Shown: positions 11,331 through 24,408, numbered from the whole stretch's first letter. The stretch: DNA of 63,543 nucleotides, filler included, from Octopus bimaculoides (GCF_001194135.2; 6 parts of 6 records of this genome joined end to end with filler, not necessarily neighbours in it); one strand, 5' to 3'. Notes: generated by a model not told the origin, from the sequence alone. A program made the numbers and translations.

Positions 11331-11924
11331 TTAAAAAAAAAAAAAAAAACTCATTGGAAATCTAGACAGTTAAAATGTAGCATGCGGTATATATGTACTT
11401 TTATAACGTTTTCTGTTTTTTATCTATTGAAATATCTTTATGGCTAGCACTAGATTATCGTGTGCTATATCGGATAGCTCAATCTATTAGTTAGAAGTGA
11501 ACTTTTATCTCAAAAAAATTAAAATAATGATTGAAGACGATATATATCATGGGCGTAACCGGGATTTCGACAAGGAAGAATTCTCTATGATTAAAATGGA
11601 TCCACCTTTAGCCGTTTAAAAAACTAAATGTTTGATAATGATTATATTTCCATGGAGTAACGGTGGGGTAGATCCCTAAGCTATTAATGTTCTCTCTCAC
11701 TTCGTATATGCCTATATCCTGAGTCTGCTGAAGTCAAAACAAGACAACAGCTGTGCCGATGATCCCCTACCGGACAGGAGGAATACATGTCCCCAACTTA
11801 CCTCTTGTCTCCAGACAGACTATCTTTTATTTAATGATATGTTAATTCCGGATAATTATTCATCCTTAAGATGATCTCCCTTTTTCAATCGGATTCAGTT
11901 ACTGCTGCTGCTAGCCGTTTGATT

Positions 11925-12365
11925 TACCATTTCTAGAAGCGAAAATAATCCAATAACTCATTTCTACAGCTGAGTGAACTGGAACAACGGGAAATAAAGT
12001 GCTTTGCTCAAGAACACAACATTCAGCCTGATCCGGAAATCGAATTCACTACCTTGTAAGGGCAGGATTCGTGACAGACGAACTGTAGACAGAAACTTCG
12101 CTGCGGGCTAGCTAGGAAGTTGGTCAGTAGGAAAACAAAAGGGACTTCCGGTAGAAGAAGAAAAACTAAAGAATGTCAACATTGAATGTGAAATGAATGT
12201 GAGTGAACTAAACAGAAATAACTGACGACTTAAGCCCTGATGTACGTAAAGTAATAAACCTTTGATAAATGTATTCTCGTCTCCACTAGTTTGTTTGTGT
12301 ATAGCTTAACAAAGCTATAACCACATGATTGTGAGCCCGACGCTCGAACCACTGAGCCATGCGAT
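11925..12365 (-). mobile_element. tRNA-derived SINE interrupted by a 270-bp insertion
   Basis: Left part ends ...ggaaatcgaattcactacct (12054) and the tRNA-like head resumes as tgattgtgagcccgacgctcgaaccactgagccatgcg (12325-12362). Confidence 0.7.
12055..12324 (+). mobile_element. Putative solo LTR (TG...CA) nested in the SINE
   Basis: Begins tgtaag and ends ...accaca; has an internal AATAAA (gtaataaacc, ~12251) and is non-coding. No clear TSD. Confidence 0.45.
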
Positions 12366-12418
12366 TGTCACTTCGCAGACGAGTATGATCACTACTGACA
12401 AATTATTTTATCCTAGAT

Positions 12419-12625
12419 CAGTAGCTCTCAACCATCTTTTACCTATAGACCACCTTGATTACTATTTTAATCTGGTGGACCTCCATAGCCTCTCGATGTT
12501 TAAAAACTGGTTTTATAGATGCGTCTTTCAAAATTCCCATTTTGTTTTTCAAACATTAACTTGTGTAGGTTGAACTATGTAAAACGTTAAAGAAAGAAAC
12601 CTAGCTGTTTCTTCCAATAAATACA
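12419..12625 (+). mobile_element. Truncated hAT (Charlie-like) MITE, same family as 33718-34049
   Basis: Starts cagtagctctcaacc. The internal sequence (gattactatt...ctggtgga...gatgtttaaaaact...aaagaaacctagctgtttctt) aligns by eye with 33750-33900. Confidence 0.75.
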
Positions 12626-12629
12626 TTCT

Positions 12630-13082
12630 TTTATTCTTTTACTTGTTTCAGTTATTTGACCACGGCCATGCTGGAGCACCGCCCTGAAGGATATTAGTCG
12701 AACATATCAACCCAAGAATTTATTTTTTAAGCCTATTTTTTATTCTATCGTTCTCTTTTGCCGAACCGGTAAGTTACTCCCAGCTATTGAATGGCAACAG
12801 GTTATACTGGATCAGATCATACAGAAGCACCGAATGTGGCCTGACACATATACAAACATACATACCTCTTTTTTTCACTTATTTCAGTCATTATATTGCG
12901 ACCATACTGGGGTACCACCTTAAAGAACTTTTAGTCAAATGACTCGATCTCAGTGCATTTTTTTTAAAAACCTGGTACTTATTCTATCGCTTCTTTTGCC
13001 GAACCGCTAAGTTACGGAGACGTAAACACACCAACACACCAAGCGGTGGAAGTGGGGGACAAACACACACACACACACACTA
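12630..13082 (-). mobile_element. Two tandem SINE family-1 3' halves (12630-12778 and 12868-13082)
   Basis: Both contain tttcagtca/tta...gcacc/gtacc...tagtc...ttattctatcg...ttttgccgaacc in reverse orientation to 5990-6120. Confidence 0.75.
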
Positions 13083-13340
13083 ACTTCACAACTTTCGCCA
13101 CTCGAAACTGTCTTGGTCGCTGCACAAGATAAATTTTGTTAGTGATTAGGTCGCAGATTCGAACGACGAAAATTGTGAAGTTAACGGTATTTGTACATTT
13201 CTGAATGACTATCGTTTTAGCTTCAGCACACGATCTCAGATTAAAATATTTCCCAGGCAGATACATCACCCTAATAATATAATGTTAATATTTCCTCTTG
13301 TAAACATCTGCACTGAGACAAATGCAGAGGTGAAGAAGAT

Positions 13341-13349
13341 AAAAAAAAA
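13341..13349 (-). terminator. Pol III terminator (T9) of tRNA-Gly
   Basis: Nine-A run on plus (T9 on minus), 12 nt downstream of the tRNA 3' end. Confidence 0.8.
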
Positions 13350-13361
13350 TGAAGCTTTCAA

Positions 13362-13432
13362 TGCATCGGCCGGGAATCGAACCCGGGCCGCCCGCGTGGC
13401 AGGCGAGCATTCTTCCACTGAACCACCGATGC
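13362..13432 (-). tRNA. trnG-GCC: tRNA-Gly, anticodon GCC
   Basis: Reverse complement is GCATCGGTGGTTCAGTGGAAGAATGCTCGCCTGCCACGCGGGCGGCCCGGGTTCGATTCCCGGCCGATGCA: 71 nt, complete cloverleaf, intact A and B boxes. It matches the canonical invertebrate tRNA-Gly(GCC) as recalled, apart from T->A in the D-loop. Confidence 0.95.
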
Positions 13433-13989
13433 AGATGCCTAATATTCTTACAGTTATCTATATAATTGTATAGTCAGTCATTAGGCTATTGTTGATTTGT
13501 ATTGGTAAAGATCAGACTAGTCTTTATCATAGGACTACTCTCATCTCGCAGTCAAATAATACGATGTAGTCGGTCAATCGATTAGGTGCAAGCACTGTTC
13601 TATTGTTCCAGTTATATATATACCAAGCTCTTCCTCGCTGAGAAGCATATTGCAGATATGAATCGAATCTGATACAGTATAACAGACTGACTATGTGGCC
13701 TTCTTTCTCTTTATTGTTCATTTTACTTTTTTATAATTTTAATTCTGGCGGTGACCGCACATGGAATGGAACCAACCAAAGTTGTTCTGTGAATTCTTTT
13801 TCTACGTTTAACTTGGTGAAGACAGAGTTTTTGCGTTTTTTTGTTTTTTTTTTAGATAATGTTGAGGTAGTTTTCTAGTTTGGTGTATATGCGTCTATTG
13901 TTTAATGAGAATTTTTCATATAGTGATAGGGTCTCTGATGCTTGAAATTTCCCGTGGCAAAAAAAAAAACTACCTGTCGCACGTGCAGG

Positions 13990-14900
13990 TGGTCTCACAC
14001 TTAGTATATTTGTTTCATTGTACGGGTGGTCCACAGGTGTGAAGATCCTATGGTGATGTATAGGGCCATGTTGTCCATTATAATTTTTTGATTGTTTTGG
14101 TTTGTTGTGGCACTGTTAGAACCTCAGGTACGGCTGGTATGAATGGTGATGGTTCTAATACATTGTTTAAACATCAATGTTTATTCATGTTGGTAAAAAG
14201 TAGTAACTATGATTGTTCTAAGTATGTTTGTGCATTGTTTTACTTTCCTTATTTGCCTTCAATGTGTCCTGCAAACGTGGAAAGCTAGAACAGCTAGTAT
14301 TGTTATCTTCTGTGTGCAGTGTGTTAATCTGTTGCATGTGATTGTTGCTTGTATTTGGTAAAGAAGCGAATTAGTTAAGTGCTGCTCTAAATTCGATGTT
14401 TTGAATACACGTTTCTCGCTGACTGATATAGGGTCAGAATTACTGGGCAGTTTTGGGTAGCGAATAACGGAAGGATATGAGTACGATATCATCCTCGTAT
14501 GAGGCTGTGTATGTGTGTGGTTTGAGGAGGTACAGATATAGGTAGAAAAGAGTGGGTGAGACGACGGATTTATGTAGAACTTCACTGGGGAAATTGTACG
14601 ATTTGGAAACGTTATGTTTGTACACTGCTTAGACTTGGCGCCCTGACAAGTGGTTTGTTAGCCAAAAGTTTGTGTTGCTTCTTAAAGTGATATTTGTTGA
14701 GTATTTTGTGTGACTAGATAGCGGCATGGTCGAAAATTTTGCTGATGTCGATGATAGTTACAGTGGTACTTGTGAGAGATATTTTGTTTGCCTGTTTTTG
14801 CTAGGTTGTTCTTTTGTTTTTTGAAGCAGTTGAGTATCTCTTGTGTTAGGTTGATATATATTTTTCCTATGTTTTGAACAAAATACCTTACTGTCTGATA
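13990..14900 (-). mobile_element. Degenerate non-LTR retrotransposon reverse-transcriptase fragment (clade uncertain)
   Basis: Minus-strand pieces IIDISKIFD (DISKAFD motif), SVVSPTLFYLY (GSVLSPTLFNLY) and SYEDDIVL (YADD), in the correct order, with frameshifts. Confidence 0.7.
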
Positions 14901-15455
14901 AAATAAATAAAATGAGTTGATGGAAGTAATTCGAATAGACCAATGGCAAGATATTGAATACATAACCCACAAACTAAGAAAATAATACATAAACTAAGAA
15001 ATAATGTTCTGAATCCAATGCACATAAATTCTAACCTGCAGATTGTAAATAGTTATAGCATAATTATATAAATAACTACAAGCAATTTTCAATTGGAGGT
15101 TCCATGGAAGAATGTTCACCTTCCAAGCAGGATACCAAGATTCGATTTGCGGTTGTTGTGCTTTTCATTTATTTTTTCTATAAACGATTGCAAATAATCA
15201 TGCCTCTCCCAAGTTTTGGCTTCTGTAGAACTTCTTTGATATTGTTTTTCATAAAGACGTCCTTTTATATAACATTACAGTTCAACGTCAACGAAATCGT
15301 TCCCGCCAATCTGCAACAGTCATTGATACCACTCTCTCTCTCTCTCTCTCTCTCTNNNNNNNNNNNNNNNNNNNNNNNNNNNNNNNNNNNNNNNNNNNNT
15401 TAATTAATTAANNNNNNNNNNNNNNNNNNNNNNNNNNNNNNNNNNNNNNNNNNNN

Positions 15456-15509
15456 TAGTGCAATTTTCTGTATGTTATATATATTTGTAAGTCCTGGTGT
15501 TTTTGTTAT

Positions 15510-15512
<3 letters not shown>
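15456..15512 (-). mobile_element. Severely 5'-truncated young Dong/R4-like copy abutting (TAA)n; the 3' part lies in the gap
   Basis: 57/57 nt identical to 61101-61157. The 5' junction runs straight into the (TAT)n tract at 15512-15578. Confidence 0.85.
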
Positions 15513-15577
<65 letters not shown>

Positions 15578-15870
15578 GCTGTTGTTGTTGTTGCTATTTT
15601 CGTGGTTTGAGAAATACTTCAAATTTTCTTTCTGAAACGAGATTTTGGTCCATGTTGGAAAACTTGCATGAAAATGTTCAAGGTTAACAATACTGCGTAA
15701 GAAAAACCTAGCAACGGCCCAGTGTAGCTAATTTTAGGAACGTGTCTACGTCTGTTCTTATCGGTTATCTGTGTAGTCCTGTGCTTCTGCTAGAAATCAT
15801 CATCATCATATATCTTTTAAAATTAAAATATAAAAAAATTCAAAATAAAAAAAATTAAAAACAAATCAAC

Positions 15871-15905
<35 letters not shown>

Positions 15906-16679
15906 TTTTTACTGCAGTGGATGGCACAGCAAATAGCCATGTGATATTCTGCTTTCAAAATCCTATCTGGTCCAACCGACTACTGTTCGGCGTCATAATT
16001 ATAACAATCAAAACAACACACCAAAATGTCAATAATGTACCTATCTCAGTAATATGGTGGTGCATCTAGTAATGCAGTAAATGCTTGTGTATGAATTTTT
16101 TGCACATGTCATAAACAAAAGGCCGAATCAAAAAATTTAATAATACACCAAACGAATGGAGACTAAAACTACCTATGGCTATAATCATTCAAGGATTGGC
16201 AGAAAGGAAGTAAGCAAGAACGAAAACTAATGATGGTTTGAAGGGTCTGTATTAATAATAGAAGCGAAACATCATATTTTAGGTGCACATGAGAGTGCTT
16301 CGCTCAAATAAATGCAAGAACAAAATAATGAAATAAGAGGTTAACATAAAATGCAGACAGTTCTATCAGTACCATGTAAACAATTGATTATATTTCTGAA
16401 TGCCTAATCGTTGCAAACCTTTTGTATATCCACACATACAATCGACTCAATTATTATGTCAACTTAGGACTATAGCATCATTTCGATGTGGAAACGATTC
16501 AGAAGTGGTATAAATGTGCTTCAACGCTGTACATAAATATACTTCAACGACCTGGTTATAGTCCTTTCAGATAAGCCTGTGCAGTCTGACTTGGAAATAA
16601 AGGCAAGCTTTCAGATATAATTATTACCATCTCTGTGCGTTGATAGACAAATTTATCATTTCTCACTAAAACATCATCT

Positions 16680-16900
16680 AAAACTGAGGTGAAGAAACAG
16701 TTAAAGTATAAGAAACTTGAAATTGAAATAAACAAGTTGTCAAATATGAAAGTAAAATTACTGTCAATAATAATTGGAGGTTTAAGTATGATAAAAAGTT
16801 ATAAAACAAATAATTAAAGAATATACCACACGGCTCGGAATGGTTCTCGACAGAGTGCAAAAGAAAGCCCTGGTTGGTATAACCGATATCTTGTACAGTT
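16680..16900 (+). mobile_element. Old Dong/R4-like 3' fragment
   Basis: Reads KKQLKYKKLEIEINKLSNMKVKLLSIIIGGLSMIK...VQKKALVGITDIL, a degenerate REL C-terminus. Confidence 0.6.
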
Positions 16901-17493
16901 CACATTCAGTTTAATAGAACAAACTATATTCTATGCGTTGTCTATATATTCACGACTCATGAAAAAGAAAAGGAACACGAAACAATCATTGCCCAACAAG
17001 ATCCGTATCTATTCAACAAATATAGCACCATAAGTAGCAAAACAATTGCAATAGTCCCCACCCCATTCCCTAAACAGAAACTACTGTAAACATCTCAGAA
17101 ATACAACAGCTTTGATGAAACGGCTGAAATTTATATAAAACTGCTGAAAGCAAGATTAAGAATATGAATAATAAAAAAAAAAAAAATAAAGACAAGCAAT
17201 GGAAGATAAAGTAACAATAATAACAATAATGATGCAAGAGAAAAATGATATATCAGGATTTTTTTTTACTTCAAATGGTAAAACTGGCAATTAATTCATA
17301 ACAATAGCATTATAAAAATATAAAGCATTGCTATAAATACTGAAAGAAACACATGTCTTATAAATGGAAACGACATACCTGAAATTGCAAATCTATAAAG
17401 ATGACTTAACAGTATAATCCAATCAAATATAACATAGTAGTATACATACATATATAAATACATATACATTTTCATACATACATACATACATAT

Positions 17494-17552
<59 letters not shown>

Positions 17553-18027
17553 NNNNNNNNNNNNNNNNNNNNNNNNNNNNNNNNNNNNNNNNNNNNNNNN
17601 NNNNNNNNNNNNNNNNNNNNNNNNNNNNNNNNNNNNNNNNNNNNNNNNNNNNNNNNNNNNNNNNNNNNNNNNNNNNNNNNNNNNNNNNNNNNNNNNNNNN
17701 NNNNNNNNNNNNNNNNNNNNNNNNNNNNNNNNNNNNNNNNNNNNNNNNNNNNNNNNNNNNNNNNNNNNNNNNNNNNNNNNNNNNNNNNNNNNNNNNNNNN
17801 NNNNNNNNNNNNNNNNNNNNNNNNNNNNNNNNNNNNNNNNNNNNNNNNNNNNNNNNNNNNNNNNNNNNNNNNNNNNNNNNNNNNNNNNNNNNNNNNNNNN
17901 NNNNNNNNNNNNNNNNNNNNNNNNNNNNNNNNNNNNNNNNNNNNNNNNNNNNNNNNNNNNNNNNNNNNNNNNNNNNNNNNNNNNNNNNNNNNNNNNNNNN
18001 NNNNNNNNNNNNNNACCGGAGAAAAGC

Positions 18028-18078
<51 letters not shown>

Positions 18079-18594
18079 ATTTTTTATAGTTAAAATTGTG
18101 AGAAGCAGCAAATAAGGGTTGAATGATGTGTTTGTATGGGTGTCATGCGGGATGCATGTGGTTTGCAAGATAAGAAGCTGTTATGCATACGTTGACCATA
18201 GAACACGGCGCGATTGTGTCCGATATCAAGGTAGGAATGCGACAATCTGGAATGCCTAGTGTTAACTATGACATGTGCATCAGTCGGTCAAATAACCTGC
18301 CATTGTGGATGTGTGTGTAGAATTCAGGTGAGGTAGAAATACAAGTTTTCATGCATAATTTACATATACATACGAGTATGTGTGTGTGTGTGTTTTCATG
18401 TATATTTAATTTTACTGAATGTTCTTGTAAGTGAAATTGGTGGTGAATTGGAATACATGTGGGACGATTTTTATCTGATGTGATTATGGAATCTAATCAT
18501 AATTTGATAAAAAAACGTGCAACGCATATGAACTGTGAATGAATATATTGGTTAATTGATGTACTTCAAGTGTTTATATAGCCTGATACTAGAT

Positions 18595-18780
18595 CAGTAG
18601 TTCTCAACTGTTTATTTCTTTTGTCTGTGGACCCCATTTTATTCCTATTTTATTCGAGTAGACCCATTGCATTTTTATAATTAAATATTATTACGAATTG
18701 TAATAAACAAAATATTTTGTGTACTATAGAAGTATAACCAATTCCTTGTCATAAATTTTAACAACAAAGTCTTATAAGTA
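18595..18780 (+). mobile_element. hAT-like MITE remnant
   Basis: Starts cagtagttctcaact followed by gtggaccccattt...gtagaccca, like 12419 and 33718. Confidence 0.45.
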
Positions 18781-19060
18781 ATTTCGATTTTTGCACAAGG
18801 CCAGCAAATTTAGGGGCGGAAATAAGTCAATGACGTCGACCCCGGTGATCCACTGGTACTTATTTATCAACCCCGAAAGGTTGGAGGTGGTCGATAATTA
18901 ATTATATCTCGGTAGTAGGACTACCACGTAGTCATTGCTTTAGAAATTTTCAACAATAAACGAAGCTTATCTTGAAAGGCATTCCAGCTATGATAATCTT
19001 GTATTTTCATACATTAGAGGCTACATCTTCTAAGATGTTCTCTGTTTTCTAATACAGTAC

Positions 19061-19330
19061 TAGTGGAGGCACAATGGCCCAGTGGTTAGGACAGCGGACT
19101 CGCGGTCATAGGATCGCGGTTTCGATTCCCAGACCGGGCGTTGTGAGTGTTTATTGAGCAAAGTTCCATGAGGCTCCGGCAGGGGATGATGGCGAACCCT
19201 GCTGTACTCTTTCACCACAACTTTCTCTCACTCTTACTTTCTGTTTCTGTTGTGCCTGTAATTCAAAGGGTCAACCTTGTCACACTGTGTCACGCTGAAT
19301 ATCTCCAAGAACTACGTGTTAAGGGTACAC
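19061..19330 (+). mobile_element. tRNA-derived SINE (family 2); 3' end in gap
   Basis: A-box TGGCCCAGTGGTTAGG and B-box GGTTTCGATTCCC. The 3' region (ccttgtcacactgtgtcacgctgaat...gaactacg) is shared with 21530-21866. Confidence 0.8.
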
Positions 19331-19609
19331 NNNNNNNNNNNNNNNNNNNNNNNNNNNNNNNNNNNNNNNNNNNNNNNNNNNNNNNNNNNNNNNNNNNNNN
19401 NNNNNNNNNNNNNNNNNNNNNNNNNNNNNNNNNNNNNNNNNNNNNNNNNNNNNNNNNNNNNNNNNNNNNNNNNNNNNNNNNNNNNNNNNTCTAGGATAAA
19501 AACAAAAAAATGGTTCCAGCTGTGACTGTCTTGTCTTTTGGTATGCCAGGAACTTTAGTATTCAAAAATGTGTGAGCTGAGGGATGTGTTCTGGGTTCTA
19601 TGTACGAGC

Positions 19610-19666
19610 AGATTGGATTACCTCACAGTAGATTGGATTACCTCACAGATTGGATTACCTCACAGT
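19610..19666. repeat. Three tandem copies (20/17/20 bp) of agattggattacctcac(agt)
   Basis: Read directly from the sequence. Confidence 0.9.
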
Positions 19667-21529
19667 AGTTTCTCGCTGAGATCTGCTAATTATCATTTAG
19701 TATATTTACGTACATACATACATACATACATACATACATGCATGCATGCATACATACAAACATACATACATACATACATACATACATGCATGCATGCATA
19801 CATACATACAAACATACATACATACATACATACAAATGGGGGCTCATTAACAACTAGAACCTAAAGGCAAAATTAACAGAGGTCACAAAAATAACGGAGG
19901 GTACAGATATAACACACACACACACATACACACACACACACACACACAGACGCACACACACACAAACACACACGCACACTCACACACACACGCACACACA
20001 TTATTGATAGTGGAAGCTTGTGATCAAAAACATTCATTTCACACGCACGTGGTTTTTTCCCAATGACAAACGAAATCAAGACTATGTTGGGCATCGTGTC
20101 CAGTTCTAAACCAGCAGGATATCCCTTTCTCTCTACATGTGTGTGTGTCTGTGTGTGTTAATGTGCATCTGTATAAATATGTTCATGTATGCCTGTACGC
20201 CTTAGCGTACAGAGATACTACATTATGCATGACGGTGCCCTTTCAGTTTATGGTGATGATGATGATGATGAGGAGGAGGAGGAGGAGGAGGAGGAGGGGA
20301 GAAGGAGGAGGAGAAGGAGAATAAGAAGAAGGAGGGGGAATTATAGTTGCTACATTTAAGCATCATTCAAGAGACAATAAAGGCTCGTATTAATGCCATA
20401 CAAAACAGTATGACTGCGTTATGCTTTATTAAAATACTCACGGCAAACTGAATTTACAACAGAAAAGACCCCCCGCCCCACTCAGATCTTGATTCACCTC
20501 CATTCGTACAAGGCATACATACATGCACACATACATACATTATATAAATGTATATATATANNNNNNNNNNNNNNNNNNNNNNNNNNNNNNNNNNNNNNNN
20601 NNNNNNNNNNNNNNNNNNNNNNNNNNNNNNNNNNNNNNNNNNNNNNNNNNNNNNNNNNNNNNNNNNNNNNNNNNNNNNNNNNNNNNNNNNNNNNNNNNNN
20701 NNNNNNNNNNNNNNNNNNNNNNNNNNNNNNNNNNNNNNNNNNNNNNNNNNNNNNNNNNNNNNNNNNNNNNNNNNNNNNNNNNNNNNNNNNNNNNNNNNNN
20801 NNNNNNNNNNNNNNNNNNNNNNNNNNNNNNNNNNNNNNNNNNNNNNNNNNNNNNNNNNNNNNNNNNNNNNNNNNNNNNNNNNNNNNNNNNNNNNNNNNNN
20901 NNNNNNNNNNNNNNNNNNNNNNNNNNNNNNNNNNNNNNNNNNNNNNNNNNNNNNNNNNNNNNNNNNNNNNNNNNNNNNNNNNNNNNNNNNNNNNNNNNNN
21001 NNNNNNNNNNNNNNNNNNNNNNNNNNNNNNNNNNNNNNNNNNNNNNNNNNNNNNNNNNNNNNNNNNNNNNNNNNNNNNNNNNNNNNNNNNNNNNNNNNNN
21101 NNNNNNNNNNNNNNNNNNNNNNNNNNNNNNNNNNNNNNNNNNNNNNNNNNNNNNNNNNNNNNNNNNNNNNNNNNNNNNNNNNNNNNNNNNNNNNNNNNNN
21201 NNNNNNNNNNNNNNNNNNNNNNNNNNNNNNNNNNNNNNNNNNNNNNNNNNNNNNNNNNNNNNNNNNNNNNNNNNNNNNNNNNNNNNNNNNNNNNNNNNNN
21301 NNNNNNNNNNNNNNNNNNNNNNNNNNNNNNNNNNNNNNNNNNNNNNNNNNNNNNNNNNNNNNNNNNNNNNNNNNNNNNNNNNNNNNNNNNNNNNNNNNNN
21401 NNNNNNNNNNNNNNNNNNNNNNNNNNNNNNNACACACACACACACACACACACACACAAATTTCATAACTTTGATAGGTTTCGGTCAGTATAGGCCCAAG
21501 CCATGTCTAACTTAATAGTACCACTTGGT

Positions 21530-21866
21530 GAAGTCTTTTAGTCATAGATGGGGCACTCCATCGGTTACGACGAAAACGGTGCCAGCTGATACGATCAACG
21601 GAACAGCTTGCTCGTGAAATTAACATGCAAGTGGCTGAGCACTCCACAGACATGTGTATCCTTAACGTAGTTCTCAGGGAGATTCAGCGTGACACAGAGT
21701 GTGATAAGGCTGGTCCTTTGAAATACAGGTACTACTCATTTTTGCTAGCTGAGTTGACTGGAGCAACGTGAAACAAAATGTCTTCCTCAAGGACACAATG
21801 CGTCGTCAGGAATTGAACTCACGACCTTGCGGTCGTGAGCCGAATACCACTAAGCCACGCACCTTC
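21530..21866 (-). mobile_element. tRNA-derived SINE related to family 2 (CORE-like centre)
   Basis: Minus strand reads ggtgcgtggcttagtggt...gtgagttcaattcc...gtgtccttgaggaagaca...ccagtcaactcagc, then the tail shared with 19061. Confidence 0.8.
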
Positions 21867-23347
21867 ACTGTGTATGTATATATATAAACATATATACACA
21901 TATGTATATATACATACCTACATGCATATATACAGAAGTTCATATATTATTCTCTGCATATATACCTACATACCTTCACGCATACACTTTCAGGCATATT
22001 TACAAATACACATGCATCTACGAATATAAAACACATAGATAATCTATGTGCATACCCACACACACACGCCCACGTTGAGACACGTATATGCGTTCATAAA
22101 TATATGAATTCAAATGGCTTCTTATACGCCAGAGGATGCTGAGATCAAATTTTCTTCAAATAGAAGACAATCATATGTCTGGTGAACAAGTTTAATGCAA
22201 AATTTCTCCTAAATTGATATCCTGTAGTCTTGAAGAACGATCAAATATAAAATTCTGATCTTGGACGCCCAATTTTGGGAGAACATGCCACTACGAAAGA
22301 AGAATATCAATGTTAAACCATAATATTAAGCATGTTTAACTCATTTTCCATGAATGTACGGATGCACATACTTAGATACATTATTAATATTGCATCACAG
22401 AGTCTGTGGGTATTTTTGCTCTTGCTACTTTCAAGTTCGTCCTGGTCAGTATTAATCAAATATATATCTTATATTCTTTATATACATACATGCATACATA
22501 CATACATACATACATTCATATATATATATATATATATATATATANNNNNNNNNNNNNNNNNNNNNNNNNNNNNNNNNNNNNNNNNNNNNNNNNNNNNNNN
22601 NNNNNNNNNNNNNNNNNNNNNNNNNNNNNNNNNNNNNNNNNNNNNNNNNNNNNNNNNNNNNNNNNNNNNNNNNNNNNNNNNNNNNNNNNNNNNNNNNNNN
22701 NNNNNNNNNNNNNNNNNNNNNNNNNNNNNNNNNNNNNNNNNNNNNNNNNNNNNNNNNNNNNNNNNNNNNNNNNNNNNNNNNNNNNNNNNNNNNNNNNNNN
22801 NNNNNNNNNNNNNNNNNNNNNNNNNNNNNNNNNNNNNNNNNNNNNNNNNNNNNNNNNNNNNNNNNNNNNNNNNNNNNNNNNNNNNNNNNNNNNNNNNNNN
22901 NNNNNNNNNNNNNNNNNNNNNNNNNNNNNNNNNNNNNNNNNNNNNNNNNNNNNNNNNNNNNNNNNNNNNNNNNNNNNNNNNNNNNNNNNNNNNNNNNNNN
23001 NNNNNNNNNNNNNNNNNNNNNNNNNNNNNNNNNNNNNNNNNNNNNNNNNNNNNNNNNNNNNNNNNNNNNNNNNNNNNNNNNNNNNNNNNNNNNNNNNNNN
23101 NNNNNNNNNNNNNNNNNNNNNNNNNNNNNNNNNNNNNNNNNNNNNNNNNNNNNNNNNNNNNNNNNNNNNNNNNNNNNNNNNNNNNNNNNNNNNNNNNNNN
23201 NNNNNNNNNNNNNNNNNNNNNNNNNNNNNNNNNNNNNNNNNNNNNNNNNNNNNNNNNNNNNNNNNNNNNNNNNNNNNNNNNNNNNNNNNNNNNNNNNNNN
23301 NNNNNNNNNNNNNNNNNNNNNNNNNNNNNNNNNNNNNNNNNNNNNNN

Positions 23348-23405
<58 letters not shown>

Positions 23406-23442
23406 TGTGTAAGAGAAAGAGAGAGAAAGAGAAAGAGAACGA

Positions 23443-23605
23443 GAGAAGCACAGGCGTGGTTGTATGGCTACGAAATTTACTTTGCAAACTCGGTAATTTT
23501 GGTTTCGGTCTCACTGCCCAGCATCTTCGGCAAGTGTGTTCTACACAAATCCGGGCTCAACTATACCTTTTAAAGTGGGTTTAGTAGCCGGAAACTGAGT
23601 GGGAG
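23443..23605 (+). mobile_element. Degenerate SINE family-1 5' half
   Basis: gcacaggcgtggttgtatgg...ggcaagtgtgttctac...gtgggtttagtagccggaaactga parallels 5679-5830. Confidence 0.6.
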
Positions 23606-24408
23606 ATACATTTATAACGCATACACACACATACACATATTCACACACGTACACACACACACACACACACATACACACACACACACGCACATTCTGATAT
23701 CTGATATGTGACCTTAGAAGAGAAGTATGCTAAAACATTGAAACGGCGATTTGTAAAGTGACTTACATATACATATATGCGAGTATACATATCTGTGTTC
23801 TGTTAATGTCCATCCACAATTCGACTGATTGAATCCTATTCGTAGTAAACAACCAGCTACCCTGCACATGAAGTTAGCTTACAACATTCGAGAGAATAAT
23901 GGCGTGCTAAGCTTCAATACCGTCTCATCAAATCTGCTTTTAGGGTTACGTTTTCGTTTCGTATTTCTTTTTCCACCATCTCGTCTTCAGGGAGATTTAT
24001 TTCTTATCTGTTTAATGACCATTCCTGGTTTTTACAGGTTATGAGTAATCTAACTTCTTGACACCAAAAAAACCAAAAAAACCAAAAAAAAACGAAACAA
24101 TAGATTTCTCAATAGAGTTGCTGTTCTTAAGTCAGTGTAACTGAAGAAATAACTATAATCGCTTAATATGATTTCCAAAATGTGGGCTCGGTGAGATCGG
24201 CTGAAGATTTTAATATCATACATTTTTCTTACACTAAGAAACGGGAGCTCACCGACCTCAGGTTATATATGAAATTTTCACATGAATTCTAAGAAATGAG
24301 ATGAACTCTGAAATTGATCCCTCGATGCCTTTAAATAATAACCAAACCTTCAAGTCTTCCACTATCATCTTAAGTAGTGGCAGATACTTGTACAATGTTT
24401 CTCCTGAT

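Noticed and set aside
11790-11880. Perfect donor GAG|GTAAGT on minus as an exon end
   Set aside because: All upstream frames hit stops within ~60 nt and there is no pyrimidine-rich acceptor.
19610-19666. Direct repeats as a CRISPR-like array
   Set aside because: No spacers; eukaryotic context; simple tandem slippage.
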